Assembly (NCBI GenBank): GCA_018364485.1
Contig: JAGZLX010000001.1
Span: 435-64,434, forward strand
Source: Granulicatella adiacens
Lineage (GTDB): Bacteria; Bacillota; Bacilli; Lactobacillales; Aerococcaceae
Reading direction: 5' to 3'
DNA: 64,000 nucleotides
Below are positions 29,731 to 38,401 of this stretch, one piece after another. Position numbers and translations under genes: made by a program. The notes beneath the pieces are model-generated. The model saw only the letters and a list, made by a program, of their open reading frames with translations, was not told where the DNA came from and searched no databases. Every line of letters begins with the position of its first letter. The stretch's first letter is position 1.

Positions 29731-30592
29731 AATAAAGGATATCGCGACGCCGAAAAGAACGCGCGAGATTATGGAACGTCATGGGCTAACGGTAAAAAAG
29801 AGTCTAGGGCAAAACTTCCTGATTGAACCGAATATTTTAACGCGTATGCTAGAGGTGGCAGGAGTCGACAAAACGACAAACGTTATTGAAATCGGACCAG
29901 GGATTGGTGCGTTGACCGAACGTCTAGCAAGAGAAGCTAAACAAGTGTTGGCGTTTGAAATCGATGGCCGTTTATTGCCAGTGCTCGATGAAACATTGGC
30001 CCCATACGATAATGTAACGGTGGTTCATAGCGACATCTTGGACGTCGACTTAGAGCAAGTCATCGGGGAGCATTTCGACATTAACGAGCCGTTATTAGTC
30101 GTGGCCAACTTGCCGTACTATATTACAACGCCAATCATTATGAATTTATTGGAATCGAAATTACCAATCGATGGTTTTGCGATGATGATGCAAAAAGAAG
30201 TGGCGCAACGAATGACGGCTGAGCCAAATTCGAAGGCGTATGGATCACTAACGATTGCGATTCAATATTTCTGCGAAGCAAGCATTGGATTTATCGTGCC
30301 GAAGACGGTCTTCAATCCAGCTCCGAATGTGGATTCTGCGATTTTAGTATTGAAACGTCGCGAAAAACCACTCGTGGAAGTGAAAGACGAAGCGAAATTC
30401 TTCGCACTCGTGAAAAATAGCTTCGTGCAACGTCGTAAAACGCTCTGGAATAATTTAGCCAAAGCTTACGTTGGGAATGGCCATACAAAAGAAAGCTTAG
30501 CCGCTGCGCTAGAAGCTGCAGGCATTGACCCATCTAGACGTGCCGAAACACTGACGATTGAAGAGTTTGCAAAATTAAGTAATATTTTTTAG
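29723..30592 (+). CDS. rsmA: 16S rRNA (adenine1518/1519-N6)-dimethyltransferase RsmA (KsgA)
   Basis: SAM motif ([12 protein letters not shown]) and the LGQNFL N-terminal signature. Confidence 0.9.
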   Translation: MNEIKDIATPKRTREIMERHGLTVKKSLGQNFLIEPNILTRMLEVAGVDKTTNVIEIGPGIGALTERLAREAKQVLAFEIDGRLLPVLDETLAPYDNVTVVHSDILDVDLEQVIGEHFDINEPLLVVANLPYYITTPIIMNLLESKLPIDGFAMMMQKEVAQRMTAEPNSKAYGSLTIAIQYFCEASIGFIVPKTVFNPAPNVDSAILVLKRREKPLVEVKDEAKFFALVKNSFVQRRKTLWNNLAKAYVGNGHTKESLAAALEAAGIDPSRRAETLTIEEFAKLSNIF

Positions 30593-30607
30593 TGAATGTA
30601 TACTTAA

Positions 30608-30645
30608 CATAAAACCCTGAAGCATATATTATGCTTCAGGTTTTT
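30608..30645 (+). terminator. rho-independent terminator after rsmA
   Basis: aaaaccctgaagcatatattatgcttcaggttttt. Confidence 0.7.
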
Positions 30646-30689
30646 ACGTTAATTGGAGTTGGATAATAAGGTGTATATATTGCGTTAAG

Positions 30690-31235
30690 TTATTCTAGAT
30701 GTTCAATAGCATATTCTGCTTCCTCGGCAGTAAACTTTTCTCCATGTTCTGAAACGAGTTGATCTCTAATAGCATCAGTAGACATATTCATCATATCTTG
30801 GTATTGTTTTGCTTTTTTTAGTGCATTCTCTTTATAGTTCCATTGAAGATTATCGATAGCGTATTGAGCAGCATCGGCTGAAAACTTTTCTCCGTATTCA
30901 GAAGTTAGTTGATCATAAATTCCTTGTTTTGACATTGACATAAGTTGTGCATATTGTTTAGCCTTTGCTAAAGCGGACTTAAAGTCTTTAGGCACCTTTG
31001 CTTGGGTAGTAGGTTGCTCCGTTGTAGATGCTACAGTGGTTGGTTGCTGCTGAGTTGTAGGTTTCTCCGAAGAGGCTGCAACTTGCTTTTTAGTGTTTGT
31101 TGTAGAGTTAGTGCTAGTTTGTTGTGTGGACTCTACAGTGTTTTGTTTAGTAGCGCTTGGTTTATTAACTTGTCCATAGATTATAAAAAAGAGTACTAAA
31201 CCTATCCAAAAGTATTTATTTTTAAAAATTTTCAT
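30690..31235 (-). CDS. membrane-anchored protein with two Ltp-type repeats (phage 'host cell surface-exposed lipoprotein' domain family)
   Basis: N-terminal TM anchor, a Thr/Gln-rich linker, then two approximately 45-aa repeats (KAKQYAQLMSMSKQGIYDQLTSEYGEKFSADAAQYAIDNL / KAKQYQDMMNMSTDAIRDQLVSEHGEKFTAEEAEYAIEHL) that match the Ltp superinfection-exclusion repeat pattern. Confidence 0.55.
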   Translation of the reverse strand: MKIFKNKYFWIGLVLFFIIYGQVNKPSATKQNTVESTQQTSTNSTTNTKKQVAASSEKPTTQQQPTTVASTTEQPTTQAKVPKDFKSALAKAKQYAQLMSMSKQGIYDQLTSEYGEKFSADAAQYAIDNLQWNYKENALKKAKQYQDMMNMSTDAIRDQLVSEHGEKFTAEEAEYAIEHLE

Positions 31236-31522
31236 TTATATCTCCCCCTTGTTTTTGATTATACGTACTAAACCAAACGATGTAAAGGCTTTCTTAAAGA
31301 AAAATGCTAAAAAGATTCATCTATAAAATATATTATTTTTATTTTTTGAAAAATATATAAAAAAAGTGTTAATTTAGTAAAGGAGCAATCCGTAAGGAAC
31401 CGAAGGTATCATCTTTTACATGCAAAGTTATTAAAAAATATTTTTAAATAACTATTGCTTTTTACGAATCGTGGGAGTATACTCTAATTAAAGATAAATT
31501 TAAATAGAAAGAAGATGAGATC

Positions 31523-31789
31523 ATGGCAGTGAACGAAGTAATGGCCGCTCTTTCTGATGAAACGCGTCGCCAGATTTTGGAAATCCTGCGAAAAGGAAAG
31601 ACCAACACCGGTGACCTTGCCACGATGATTGGGATGACGCCGCAAGCCTTATCCTATCACCTTAGAAAGCTAAAAAACGCTGATTTAATCTACGAAACAC
31701 GCTATAAAAACTTTATTTATTATGAATTGAATTTGACCGTACTGGACGAAGCCATTGTATGGATCAATCAAATTATTGGAGGAAAATAA
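31523..31789 (+). CDS. ArsR/SmtB-family transcriptional regulator (SdpR-like)
   Basis: wHTH motif (RRQILEILRKGKTNTGDLATMIGMTPQALSYHLRKL); 88 aa. Confidence 0.8.
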   Translation: MAVNEVMAALSDETRRQILEILRKGKTNTGDLATMIGMTPQALSYHLRKLKNADLIYETRYKNFIYYELNLTVLDEAIVWINQIIGGK

Positions 31790-31790
31790 C

Positions 31791-32444
31791 ATGGAACAAG
31801 TAAAACAATTTAAAAAATATGCCTATCTCGCATTGATGTTCGCACCACTCGTTGTATCACTCTTTGTGGTATGGTTCTTACCTGAAACGATTGTATCGCG
31901 TATGGACTTGGCGGGAAATGTGACGGCAACGGCAAGTAGATTCTCAATCTTCCTCTTCCCAATTCTTGTAGCGATTCTTGGGTTTGGGATTCGTGTTGCA
32001 AGCTCATCTCCAAAACTAACGGGGGGCAATGTAAGAACGGCTCGCTCAATTAGCTGGATTCTCTTATTGTTATTGAACGTCATTGCTTACTTCCAATTCT
32101 GGTTATACCTAGGTGGAATGACAGCAGGTGCGCAAATGAGCCGCTTCATCACGTTTATTCTAGGGGTATTCTTTATCCTTATCGGAAATCTAGCGCCAAA
32201 AATTAAAGAGAATTCAAAACACTTTGGATTCCGTGCTTCATGGCTTAAAAACAATGACGCAGCCTTCCGTAAAACACAACGATTCTTCGGAATTGCCTCT
32301 GTAGTGGCAGGTGTCCTCATGATGCTTACAGGAATCTTCATGGGAAATAATGTTGCAATTCTTGTCGCAACGATGATTATGATTATTTTAATCGCAGTGA
32401 CGGGTGGTTATTCTTACTACATTGCAAATATTGAAGCAGCATAA
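31791..32444 (+). CDS. SdpI/YhfL-family membrane protein (DUF1648 + SdpI domains)
   Basis: 217 aa, about 6 TM segments, gene pair with the ArsR/SdpR-like regulator. Start chosen at ATG 31791, just after the regulator stop. Confidence 0.6.
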   Translation: MEQVKQFKKYAYLALMFAPLVVSLFVVWFLPETIVSRMDLAGNVTATASRFSIFLFPILVAILGFGIRVASSSPKLTGGNVRTARSISWILLLLLNVIAYFQFWLYLGGMTAGAQMSRFITFILGVFFILIGNLAPKIKENSKHFGFRASWLKNNDAAFRKTQRFFGIASVVAGVLMMLTGIFMGNNVAILVATMIMIILIAVTGGYSYYIANIEAA

Positions 32445-32449
32445 AAGAA

Positions 32450-32490
32450 AATAAGCTTTCATCTAAAAAAGATGAAAGCTTATTTATTTT
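32450..32490. terminator. bidirectional terminator
   Basis: aaagaaaataagctttcatctaaaaaagatgaaagcttattt. Confidence 0.6.
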
Positions 32491-32722
32491 AGTCTAGTCC
32501 TTCTGGCAGTACGACTGTAATGTCTTTTTCATGCATTTCAAAGTCGATAGCCCATCGACAGTTAAATTTTATAGTATCAGTTTGCTCGTTATAAGTGAGC
32601 AATCCAATCGTATTTAACGCACTCTTATGACAAAGCAATAATTTTTTATTACTTATATCCATTACTGTATCGATGTTAGGTGAGATATGAATAGAATAAG
32701 TTCCTAATTTTATTGTCTCCAT
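32489..32722 (-). CDS. small hypothetical protein A (77 aa), paralog of the two upstream genes
   Basis: Third gene of a translationally coupled triplet; N-terminal motif KLGTYSIHIS. Confidence 0.45.
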   Translation of the reverse strand: METIKLGTYSIHISPNIDTVMDISNKKLLLCHKSALNTIGLLTYNEQTDTIKFNCRWAIDFEMHEKDITVVLPEGLD

Positions 32723-32724
32723 TT

Positions 32725-33009
32725 TTACTCCTCCATTAAATCAATAGCATCACGATTCAGATTCAGAAAAGAATACTCTTCTTTTTTTAACGGAATTATT
32801 TGAATGTTTTCTTCCGCAATTCTTACTTTCATCAACCCGAGATTCGTGAAGTGTAATTGTTTAGTTTCTGGGCAGATATATATATGTGCAGTGCTGTGAT
32901 AAGTAGGTGGAGTTAATACTATTAGCTCTTCGTTTTCTTGATGAATCACTTCAAAAGAAAGCGGAATTTGAACTGTATAATCTCCAATGAAAAAATTTTG
33001 GAATGTCAT
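32725..33009 (-). CDS. small hypothetical protein B (94 aa), paralog
   Basis: N-terminal motif FIGDYTVQIP; 2-nt gap to gene A; start overlaps the gene C stop (ATGA). Confidence 0.45.
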   Translation of the reverse strand: MTFQNFFIGDYTVQIPLSFEVIHQENEELIVLTPPTYHSTAHIYICPETKQLHFTNLGLMKVRIAEENIQIIPLKKEEYSFLNLNRDAIDLMEE

Positions 33010-33293
33010 TCTATCCCCCCTAAATGATGACTGTGTCTTTCAAAATCAGGGGGAAGAATGTATTGAAATTCATCAGGAAACGCTATTTCAACGAAAATTT
33101 GATGGTGTTGAATAATGTAAGATGCGTTGCCACCATTGATAATCTCACAGCTGTCTGTGTCAGAGTTGTATAGGATAAATAAGTAAGTTTGAAGGGTGCG
33201 AGAAGATAAAATCTTTAACCCTTCAGGTAACTGAAACCCAAGTAAATCTGTGCCTAGATGCACTGTATAATTTCCTAGAGTAAAAACTGACAT
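33006..33293 (-). CDS. small hypothetical protein C (95 aa), paralog
   Basis: N-terminal motif TLGNYTVHLG; SD GGGAGG before the ATG; central motif YNSDTDS resembles YNEQTDT in gene A. Confidence 0.45.
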   Translation of the reverse strand: MSVFTLGNYTVHLGTDLLGFQLPEGLKILSSRTLQTYLFILYNSDTDSCEIINGGNASYIIQHHQIFVEIAFPDEFQYILPPDFERHSHHLGGIE

Positions 33294-33411
33294 AGATGAC
33301 CTCCCGTTACGGCCTTAGGTAATTTCCATACATATCATAGGTACCAATGCGAGTTCCATTTCGATTAAAAAGTTTCTAGAACCTCCCGCTTGTCGTAAAT
33401 ATCTAAAATTA

Positions 33412-33507
33412 TTAATGAGTTAATAAATAGTAAATGGTGCTTCCTACAAAATAAGTGAGAAAACCTAAAACTCCAGCAATAATATATCCCTTACGATCGT
33501 CTTTCAT
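33412..33507 (-). CDS. unannotated 31-aa hydrophobic peptide (MKDDRKGYIIAGVLGFLTYFVGSTIYYLLTH)
   Basis: Strong SD (AAAAGGAGGAAC, 6 nt) before the ATG on the minus strand. One predicted TM helix. Sits upstream of, and co-directional with, the paralog triplet. Below the ORF-track size cutoff. Confidence 0.35.
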   Translation of the reverse strand: MKDDRKGYIIAGVLGFLTYFVGSTIYYLLTH

Positions 33508-33732
33508 GATAGTTCCTCCTTTTGAATGGATGTTATTTTGTAGTGGTATTTCAAGCTCAGGTTAACATATGTAAGCGTTTTTGTAAATGATTATTTTCCG
33601 AATTCTGTAAGAACATTTGCGTTTTAACTCACTTGATTTTTATTGTTATATTAATAATCGTGCACTTTTTAGTTTAGGGGCTATCTGTGCTATAATAGAA
33701 AGGTACATATTGGTGGAAGAGAGGTTAACTTT

Positions 33733-34578
33733 ATGCAAATAAATTGGGACAGTTTATTTTCATGGGGGAGTTTTCGCAATCTGATTGATATTCTGATTGT
33801 GTGGTATATACTCTATAATATTTTAGTCATTATTAAAGGAACTCGTGCGATTAACCTAATGAAGGGAATTGCGGTAATCGCAGCAATTAAGTTCCTCAGT
33901 TTCTTCCTTGGGTTGAACACCTTGGACTGGATTATGAACTTCGTGATTCAATGGGGAGTTGTGGCAGCTCTGATTGTTTTCCAACCAGAAATTCGTCGTG
34001 GGTTAGAGCACATCGGTCGTTCGAACTTCTTCTCTCGTAAATACGAAAGTGCGAACGAAGCAGAAGTCATGATTTCCGAATTGAATACAGCGATTCAATA
34101 TATGGCGAAACGTCGTATCGGAGCGTTGATTTCGATTGAACAAGGAAACTCATTGGAAGAGTTTATCAATACAGGGATTCCGATTCATTCAGATATCTCG
34201 AATCAGTTGATCACGAATATTTTCATTCCAAACACACCGCTTCACGATGGGGCAGTAATTATTCGTGACTACAAGATTGCCGCAGCAGCGTGCTACTTGC
34301 CACTTTCTGAGAATAAGATGATTCCGAAAGAATTAGGAACGCGTCACCGTGCCGCTATCGGACTAAGTGAAGTGAGCGATGCGATTACGATTATTATTTC
34401 TGAAGAAACAGGGAAAGTCAGCGTTGCGATTCGCGAAAAATTACACCGTGAGTTAAGTTCAAGCGAATTAGTAGCCGTTCTATCTGAACAGCTAGTGGTT
34501 GAAGACCAAGGAGATGCAGAGCCAACGATTGTTCGTTGGGTACGTGACTTCTTTAAAGGAGGTCGTTCAAATGGCTGA
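33733..34578 (+). CDS. cdaA: diadenylate cyclase CdaA (DacA)
   Basis: Three N-terminal TM helices plus a DisA_N (DAC) domain (DGAVIIRD, RHRAAIG); 281 aa. Confidence 0.9.
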   Translation: MQINWDSLFSWGSFRNLIDILIVWYILYNILVIIKGTRAINLMKGIAVIAAIKFLSFFLGLNTLDWIMNFVIQWGVVAALIVFQPEIRRGLEHIGRSNFFSRKYESANEAEVMISELNTAIQYMAKRRIGALISIEQGNSLEEFINTGIPIHSDISNQLITNIFIPNTPLHDGAVIIRDYKIAAAACYLPLSENKMIPKELGTRHRAAIGLSEVSDAITIIISEETGKVSVAIREKLHRELSSSELVAVLSEQLVVEDQGDAEPTIVRWVRDFFKGGRSNG

Positions 34579-35605
34579 ATGGATGAATCGTAAATCATTC
34601 TTACTAGTGATGTCGTTTATTTTAACCATATTCCTATTCGCGTTAGCAACCGATGCAAATGGAGGCTTGCGTTCATCATCATTAAATCCACAATCAAGTT
34701 CAAATACGATTACGAATGTACCCATCTATGTGGATATCAATAGTGATGAATATGCCGTAACAGGATTACCTGATTCTGTTGTGCTACGTCTGGAAGGCCC
34801 AAATAGCTTAATTTTAAGCACAACAGGAAATGGAACTTATCGAGTGAAAACTCCTAATTTAACAGAATTAGGCGAAGGAAAACACACCATCACACTTGAG
34901 GTGACAGGATTACCGACAGGAGTTCATGGAATCGTGTCTCCAGAAACAGTAGAAATTAACATCGAAAAGATTACGACGAAGGAAGTTCCAGTTGTCGTGA
35001 AGGCCGATGCTTCAAGTATTGGAAATGGTTATCAAGTCGGCGAAGGAGTCGCTTCACCAGCAACTGTAACGGTGAAAGCAGCAACATCTATCGTGAACCA
35101 AGTCGATAAAGTAGTCGCAAATGTTGCGATTCCTGAAGGAACAAAAACAGACTATACGACTACGGCTCAATTACAAGCATTAGATGCAACAGGAAAACCG
35201 GTAGCCGTGAAAATTGATCCAGAACGCGTACAAGTTCGCGTACCAATTTCATCGAGTCAAAAGACTGTTCCATTAGTCTTAACGACAACAGGGGCTTCAC
35301 CTGGTTATTCATATTTATTGAATTCTACTACTAAGCAAGTTACAATTTTAGGAGCTCAGTCGAGCCTAGACCAAATCAAGGCAATACCTGTATTGGTGGA
35401 CGTGAGCAATATTACGCAGTCGACAACGAAAACAATTACGTTGGCGCTGCCTTCAGGGGTGCATAGCATTTCACCTGAAACCATCGAGGTTACAATTACG
35501 GTGACAAGGAACAGTTTAACGGCGACAGAAGCGTCGACTACACAAGCTGTTACAACAGAAGAACCGGCAGAAACTACAAAAGAACAAACAACACAAGCCC
35601 AATAA
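34571..35605 (+). CDS. cdaR: CdaA regulatory protein CdaR (YbbR-like domains)
   Basis: N-terminal TM anchor plus repeated YbbR-like beta domains; ATG 34571 overlaps the cdaA end and has SD AAAGGAGG. Confidence 0.85.
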   Translation: MAEWMNRKSFLLVMSFILTIFLFALATDANGGLRSSSLNPQSSSNTITNVPIYVDINSDEYAVTGLPDSVVLRLEGPNSLILSTTGNGTYRVKTPNLTELGEGKHTITLEVTGLPTGVHGIVSPETVEINIEKITTKEVPVVVKADASSIGNGYQVGEGVASPATVTVKAATSIVNQVDKVVANVAIPEGTKTDYTTTAQLQALDATGKPVAVKIDPERVQVRVPISSSQKTVPLVLTTTGASPGYSYLLNSTTKQVTILGAQSSLDQIKAIPVLVDVSNITQSTTKTITLALPSGVHSISPETIEVTITVTRNSLTATEASTTQAVTTEEPAETTKEQTTQAQ

Positions 35606-35626
35606 CGGGTGAAGGAGAACAACACA

Positions 35627-36979
35627 ATGGGGAAATATTTTGGAACAGATGGCGTTCGCGGAGTAGCGAATGCGGAATTAACACCTGAATTAGCATTTAA
35701 ACTAGGTCGCTACGGCGGGTACGTTTTATTGCAACAAGCGGAAGGAAACGCACATCCACGCGTATTAGTGGGTCGTGACACTCGTATTTCAGGTCAATTG
35801 TTAGAGCATGCTTTAATCGCAGGATTACTTTCTGTGGGGATTGAAGTCATGCAACTTGGAGTCATTCCAACTCCAGGTGTTGCGTACTTAACACGTATGC
35901 AAGGGGCTGTAGCTGGGGTTATGATTTCAGCGTCACACAACCCAGCACAAGATAACGGAATTAAATTCTTTGGTGCAGACGGTTTCAAATTAACTGACGA
36001 AACTGAAGCACAAATCGAAGCGTTATTAGATGCTGAGGAAGACACATTACCACGTCCTTCTACAGATGCATTAGGAACAGTGGATGAGTATTTAGAAGGA
36101 AGATTGAAATACAGCCAATTCTTACAAAATACAGTGGATTCATTATCAGGCATGAAAGTCGCTTTAGACGGCGCAAACGGAGCAACAGCTTCGATGTTAA
36201 CGCGTCTATTCGCTGACTTAGACACAGACTTCCACACAATGGGTGACAAACCAAACGGCGTGAACATTAACGATGGCGTTGGATCAACACATCCAGAAGC
36301 GTTAGTGGCGTTCGTGAAAGAAACAGGCGCAGACCTTGGATTAAGCTTCGATGGAGACGGCGACCGCTGTATCGCTGTGGATGAAAATGGCGAAATCGTT
36401 GATGGCGATAAAATCATGTTCATCCTTGGTAAACACTTCAAGAACCAAGGAACGCTAAGCAAAGATACAATCGTATCAACTGTTATGAGTAACTTAGGAT
36501 TCCATAAAGCGGTAGAAGCGGAAGGTATGGTTGCTCTTCAAACAGCTGTAGGTGACCGTTACGTTGTTGAAGAAATGCGTAAAAACAACTACAACTTCGG
36601 TGGAGAACAATCAGGACATATTGTTATCCTAGATTTAAACACAACAGGGGACGGCTTACTTTCAGGAATTCAATTAATGAACGTAATGAAACAAACTGGT
36701 AAGAAATTAAGCGAATTAGCAAGTGAAGTACCAACATACCCACAAGAATTAGTGAACATCCGTGTGAGCGATAAAAATGGCGTTATGGAAGTTCCAGCGA
36801 TTAAAGAAGTCATCGATGCTGTTGAAGCAGAAATGGCAGGAAACGGACGCGTTCTTGTACGTCCGAGTGGTACAGAACCGCTTGTTCGTGTCATGGTGGA
36901 AGCTCCAACAGATGAACTTGTTCACGACTACGTAACACGTATCGCTGACGTTGTTCGCAAAGAAGTTGGAATCGACTAA
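35627..36979 (+). CDS. glmM: phosphoglucosamine mutase GlmM
   Basis: [13 protein letters not shown]-terminus and the active-site Ser motif ([13 protein letters not shown]); the cdaA-cdaR-glmM operon is conserved. Confidence 0.95.
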   Translation: MGKYFGTDGVRGVANAELTPELAFKLGRYGGYVLLQQAEGNAHPRVLVGRDTRISGQLLEHALIAGLLSVGIEVMQLGVIPTPGVAYLTRMQGAVAGVMISASHNPAQDNGIKFFGADGFKLTDETEAQIEALLDAEEDTLPRPSTDALGTVDEYLEGRLKYSQFLQNTVDSLSGMKVALDGANGATASMLTRLFADLDTDFHTMGDKPNGVNINDGVGSTHPEALVAFVKETGADLGLSFDGDGDRCIAVDENGEIVDGDKIMFILGKHFKNQGTLSKDTIVSTVMSNLGFHKAVEAEGMVALQTAVGDRYVVEEMRKNNYNFGGEQSGHIVILDLNTTGDGLLSGIQLMNVMKQTGKKLSELASEVPTYPQELVNIRVSDKNGVMEVPAIKEVIDAVEAEMAGNGRVLVRPSGTEPLVRVMVEAPTDELVHDYVTRIADVVRKEVGID

Positions 36980-36994
36980 TTATAGAATAAACGA

Positions 36995-37030
36995 TAAGGG
37001 AAGAGAGCTTTGAAAAAGGCTCTCTTTTTT
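36995..37030 (+). terminator. rho-independent terminator after glmM
   Basis: agagagctttgaaaaaggctctcttttttt. Confidence 0.7.
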
Positions 37031-37063
37031 TGTTAGGGTAAACCACTTGATTTTAAAAAGAAC

Positions 37064-37098
37064 AATTGATACAATGTAAAACGTAATTATTTCGATTT
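37064..37098 (+). promoter_or_regulatory. promoter with candidate Zur box (AAACGTAATTATTTCGATTT) upstream of rpsN
   Basis: -35-like TTGATA, then a 20-nt element matching the Firmicutes Zur consensus AAATCGTAATNATTACGATTT at most positions, about 20 nt upstream of the rpsN start. Confidence 0.45.
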
Positions 37099-37115
37099 AG
37101 AAAGAAGAGAAGAAA

Positions 37116-37385
37116 ATGGCAAAGAAATCTAAAATTGCAAAATATCAAAAACAGCAAGCGCTCATCGAACATTACGCTGAAAAACGCTATGCATTAAAGC
37201 AAGCTGGAGACGTTGAGGGATTAAGAAAACTCCCTAAAGATTCCAACCCGAACCGCCTCAACCGTCGCGATGAAATCGATGGTCGTCCAAGAGGAGTGAT
37301 GCGTAAATTTGGAATGTCTCGTATTAAGTTTAGAGAATTAGCGCATCAAGGATTGATTCCAGGTGTTCAAAAAGCAAGCTGGTAA
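37116..37385 (+). CDS. rpsN: 30S ribosomal protein S14, long zinc-independent (C-) form
   Basis: 89 aa ([24 protein letters not shown]...), no CxxC zinc ribbon; stand-alone outside the S10/spc cluster. Confidence 0.9.
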   Translation: MAKKSKIAKYQKQQALIEHYAEKRYALKQAGDVEGLRKLPKDSNPNRLNRRDEIDGRPRGVMRKFGMSRIKFRELAHQGLIPGVQKASW

Positions 37386-37402
37386 AAGAGGAGGTAAGGT
37401 AA

Positions 37403-37513
37403 ATGAAACAAGATTTAGCAACGGCGTATCGTCAAATGAAGAGCCCAAACATCAAAACAAGAAAGAGAGCGTTGAAACTGATCCACGAGGCTAAACGCTC
37501 AAAGAAAAAATAA
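37403..37513 (+). CDS. small basic ORF (36 aa; MKQDLATAYRQMKSPNIKTRKRALKLIHEAKRSKKK), not in the ORF track
   Basis: Very strong SD (AAAAGAGGAGG, 8 nt) 17 nt after the rpsN stop. Lys/Arg-rich. Could be co-transcribed with rpsN. Confidence 0.3.
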   Translation: MKQDLATAYRQMKSPNIKTRKRALKLIHEAKRSKKK

Positions 37514-37566
37514 CGTATGTGGATATTGCTTTTAGTGGGGAAGAGAGAAGAACACTTATAATATGA

Positions 37567-37744
37567 TTTCGGAGAATCCTCGGATTTTATAATAGCAGTA
37601 ACGTGAATATGCATCAAAACAAATAAGAGGGCGTTGGAATTTATTCCATACGCCCTCTTTGAGGCTTTGAAGGTGAGAGACGTACGGCTCTCACCGGTGC
37701 AACGTTACAGCTATTATAATTAAATCCGAAGGATTCTCCAAAAC
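37567..37744. repeat. palindromic MITE-like intergenic repeat, copy 3
   Basis: Terminal inverted repeats tttcggagaatcctcggattttataatagcagtaacgtg / caacgttacagctattataattaaatccgaaggattctccaaaac. Internal agagggcgt...acgccctct hairpin plus a gtgagaga...ctctcaccggtgc module, shared with copies 1 and 4. Confidence 0.8.
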
Positions 37745-37819
37745 ACAATTTGAGTGTCTTTGAACGCATTTTGGTTTCATGTTAGAATAGAACAGTAAAC
37801 TACCCAAGGAGCTAATCAA

Positions 37820-38353
37820 ATGAGTACAAAAACATGTAGCCAAACACGTGCAATTCAAGCACGTAGAATTTTCCCGTTCGATGTGAATATGCATAACACA
37901 CTTTTCGGAGGAAATTTAACACGAATTATTGATGATTGTGCGTCGATTACGGTATCTCGTCATTGCCGTCGTCTTGCGGTAACGGCATCGGTGGACGCGA
38001 TGAACTATTTAAAACCACTTCCATTGGGTCATTCTGTCTGCGTAGAGACGTATATCTCAGGGACAGGGAAGAAGAGTATGGAAGTTTTCTGTAAAGTGGT
38101 CGGAGAAGATGTATTGAACGGCGAGCGCTATTTAGCAGCGACAAGCTTTTGGACATTCGTGGCACTTCCTCGTGACGGTGAAGGTGATTTTACAGTGGAT
38201 GCCATCGTTCCTGAAACCGATGAAGAAAAATTCATCTGTAGCGGATACGAAGAACGTCGTAAGGCCCGCTTGGAGCAACTTGGACGACAAGAAGCATTGA
38301 TGGAACATATCACGGTTGTGAAGCCTTGGAATTTGGAAGAGAGTGAATCTTAA
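37820..38353 (+). CDS. acyl-CoA thioesterase (hotdog fold, YkhA/4HBT-like)
   Basis: 177 aa with the conserved N-terminal segment (RRIFPFDVNMHNTLFGGNLTRIIDDCASI). Confidence 0.75.
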   Translation: MSTKTCSQTRAIQARRIFPFDVNMHNTLFGGNLTRIIDDCASITVSRHCRRLAVTASVDAMNYLKPLPLGHSVCVETYISGTGKKSMEVFCKVVGEDVLNGERYLAATSFWTFVALPRDGEGDFTVDAIVPETDEEKFICSGYEERRKARLEQLGRQEALMEHITVVKPWNLEESES

Positions 38354-38401
38354 ACAAAATCTAAGAAAGTTGCTAAAGAACTTTTAGCAATCTCTGTTAT
38401 A

